Shown here: in pieces, positions 61,001 through 64,000 of the stretch | Layout of the letters: each line of letters begins with the position of its first letter | Position numbering within the stretch: the first letter of the stretch is position 1 | Source of the DNA: Balanoglossus misakiensis | Lineage: Eukaryota > Animalia > Hemichordata | Assembly: GCA_040954595.2 (NCBI GenBank) | Contig: CM082583.2 | Coordinates: forward strand, 10,615,656 to 10,679,655 | Direction of reading: 5' to 3' | Length of the DNA: 64,000 nt | Notes under the pieces: model-generated | Told to the model about the DNA's origin: nothing | What the model saw: the letters and a program-made list of their open reading frames with translations, nothing else | Databases searched by the model: none | Position numbers and translations under genes: made by a program

Positions 61001-64000
61001 AATAGTGATATATGATTTTCGTGATAGTTATTGTTATATTACCATATTGATATAGTCGGAACTCATATTTTGACCGTGAGGTCAAAAATACAATGAGTAT
61101 TTGCATGTGTGTAGGGAAATATTAATATGTCAAAACCATTGCTAAAAGAACAGTACAATGACTATAAAACGACAATTAAAATGACTAAAACATTTAAATA
61201 TTCCAAGGCTATAAGATAATAGATGTACACTGACAAAAGACAATATGTTTGTGTTCAAAACTTAAAACTTCTGACTTTGAGTGTGTCCCCATGTTGCTCT
61301 GAATTAAGCTGCAGTAACACATGAATATCTTAAAAAATATATCAAAACAGTTATGTTTTGATTGATAGTTGAAGCATAACAAGTCAGGACAATAGCGTGT
61401 TGGGTTTAATATGAAAATTTCCATCGCTGACATGTTATGACGAGTGTAAATTTGGCTTTTATTCAGGAACATTTTGCAGAAACAAAGGCACTCACCAACC
61501 TGTCATAATTAATCAGTGAAATTGGCTTCAAAACAATTGTGAGTTGACTGTATTGTTTTGGAACAGAGGTTTGTTTGGGTTTGTGTAGCCTGAGGTTTCT
61601 TTTATTCACTGAAAGTTCTGTTGTTCACTTGGCCAGTCAGTTCATACTTGTCTCTGTGTTGAGTTTGCCTTTTTTGTAAAGCCTACAAGAGGCAGTCATT
61701 TGTGAAAGATGGCTTTACGCATGACGTTCCACTGATGTTTGAGACGTCACATCACAGTGAGTATCAGTGTGCCATGCTAAGATGCAAGTTTCACATTGCC
61801 ATGGGTACGACATGATGGTAAAAATGTTTCCATACAGATACAGGGTTAATGGTTCTGAATTTTGTAATGTCAAACTCTAAAATTATGAGAGGCCCAAATT
61901 GATGCTGGCTATGACATCACCCAGTTTGGTATTTTCTACTTCATACATTTTGTTAGAGTGTATGGGGATGTGTAGATAAAATTCCATCTCATGCTCAAGC
62001 AGTATGCTATTTAAAGTAATACTTCAACGTTTGGAGTGAGTCATTCCAAATACAGCTTATGGAGTGCGCTGGTTATTGTGTCTTGATGGGGAACACATGC
62101 TGATCTCCATGACTTCAGTAGATACATATAGCTTGATGCCATGTAAGGGATATACTCCGAACGTCAACCTCCCCTCTTGGTGCTTTTACATATTTTTGCA
62201 GATATGTGTATTGGCCACATTTGTGTATCATTATAGTATTTTTATGGTGCCTTTGGTACACATTTTATTTGTGAAGTTCGGAGTGTGATGTTATGTACGA
62301 GTCATTTCAGCAGAAATTTCACCTTGGAATCTTGATGAACAGGAAAGTATTTGGTTTTTGGGTAGGAGGCACCTTGACATATCAATATTTCCTGTCATGT
62401 ATTTCCTTCACTTTTGGTGAAGGCTGTCTGATTGCATCAGATATGCTTTGGTGTCTCTGTTTGCACCTATCTACAGTAATGTTGATGTTATTTTATGTTT
62501 TCTTTTAGTCCAGGTAACTAGTCTGGCAAGTAAACTGAAGGAATAATGGCAAGGGCCTGACCATGAAATGTTTATTTATGGGTAAGGGCAAGAGGAAAGC
62601 CCAGAATTAACGGGCAAGGTGGAGCCGGGCACATCATTTGGTTTTTCCTCTCGCCCAAACCCATAAATAAGCATTAATGGCCAGCGTGCATGCAGGCCTT
62701 TATTCCCATTATAATACCAACAAACCAAAGGAAATTCTTTGGATGAAAATTTTGGATGCAAGAGACTGTACCATACATGGAACAAGGGGCAGATAATTTA
62801 TGTGCCCTGTCTGTGCATGACACAACTTCAATGATCAGATCACACTCAAATCTGTTTACATGGGATGTCTCTTTATTTGTACAAGTAAAGGAGACCCTTT
62901 TTTATTTAGTAAATAAATTTCCTGTTAAACAAATCTGATGATGGCGCCCGGCCCTTTATATCCGAGGGTACAAGTTGTCAAATCATGGTATCAAAATACA
63001 AAGTGACACTTCTTGTATTGGAACCGTTACGTCCCTAGACTGCTTTTGCGATAGTACAAAAATCAAGCGTTGAAAAGAAATTATTGATATGTCATAAGTA
63101 ACAGTTATACAGAATTGGCTATAATCCAAAGTTTGAACGTTTCGAACATGAATCAAAGTCACACTGATCAAAACCTGAGAACTGTTATGACCTTATGGTT
63201 GTCAATTTGTGGGCTATATGTCTTCTCCAGTATTTTGTTCTTCCCATAAAATTGGGAACCCAGGAAGTTTGAGATCAATGGTTAATGTCCTCCTTGCCTC
63301 TTAACATTTACCAAAAGACTCAAAATCAACAAATCTTTGTAAATATTACCTCAGCTCTGGTTATTTATCGGCATTTTATAACCCCAGTTCTACCCATAGC
63401 CGTAAATTTCACTCGTAGTTAGTCTGCGAGCGAGGAGAGTTTGTGAGTTGTGAAGTAGTCTTGCATTTAGCCATAATTTTGACTTCATAAAACCTGAAGT
63501 TGACAGTGTTGTTCATGTCTCTTTATTTTTTCCGTTAGGTAGGCAGCACTTTCATATCAACCAGTCATATTTCTCACTTCAAACAAAAGAAAACAAAACT
63601 GCTACCGTATTAAGGGAAGAAGACCCTAAGAATTTAATAGATGATTAATCTTCTTTATGTATCAACAGTTCTAGGTTGACCATTGACTGGTATGGTTCAA
63701 GTCCATGCATAAAAAATGCAAGTTTATAAAGTTTTGTGAGGCACCTCCTACAACTGTACACATTGTTCTGTTCAGCAAGCAGTGACTTGGCTTGATTGAA
63801 AAGTGTAAAGTTGCATTTGGAGCTTGTACATATGGTGCGATCAAAGTCAACTCGTATGCATGCAAGATGCAGACTTATAGTGATAGAAATCCTGCTGTGT
63901 CATCTCTACTTGAGAGTTTTGGGCGTCCTCTTGGGAGAGGTGATGTATTTCCCATGATTCCCATCTTACTTGATCTCACCGTTTTCATTTGATATCTAAA

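Noticed and set aside
53000-64000. Many 60-126 aa ORFs in the distal region (and similar ones in ATP8B intron 1)
   Set aside because: No recognisable motifs, intron-like composition and no consistent exon chain.

Overview
AT-rich animal genomic DNA with many spliceosomal introns, probably from a marine invertebrate deuterostome (inference only). I built the gene models by hand from splice sites and reading frames. In order: a 24-coding-exon ATP8B-type P4-ATPase flippase (minus, ~1233 aa); CFAP53 (minus) head-to-head with SKA1 (plus); two tandem secreted, probably GPI-anchored FAM151/Menorin (DUF2181) genes; a uronyl/heparan 2-O-sulfotransferase-like gene with one coding exon; tRNA-Leu(AAG); and TMEM186 (minus) head-to-head with a PLP serine/threonine dehydratase-family gene. 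The last ~17 kb has no recognisable coding exon and is probably the 5' end and first intron of a further plus-strand gene. Four signals stand out. (1) The ATP8B gene has a likely UGA stop-codon readthrough (UGA-CUG plus a stem-loop) adding 39 residues that contain NKVSP and end in VTKL. (2) The same gene has an AT-AC minor-spliceosome intron, a candidate alternative first coding exon and many RFX X-boxes. (3) An unidentified ~300-nt, strand-biased, pseudoknotted structured-RNA candidate lies at 46.74-47.05 kb. (4) An intact duplicated signal-peptide exon lies between the FAM151 paralogs. All structures and motifs were read by eye, with no database search or folding program.
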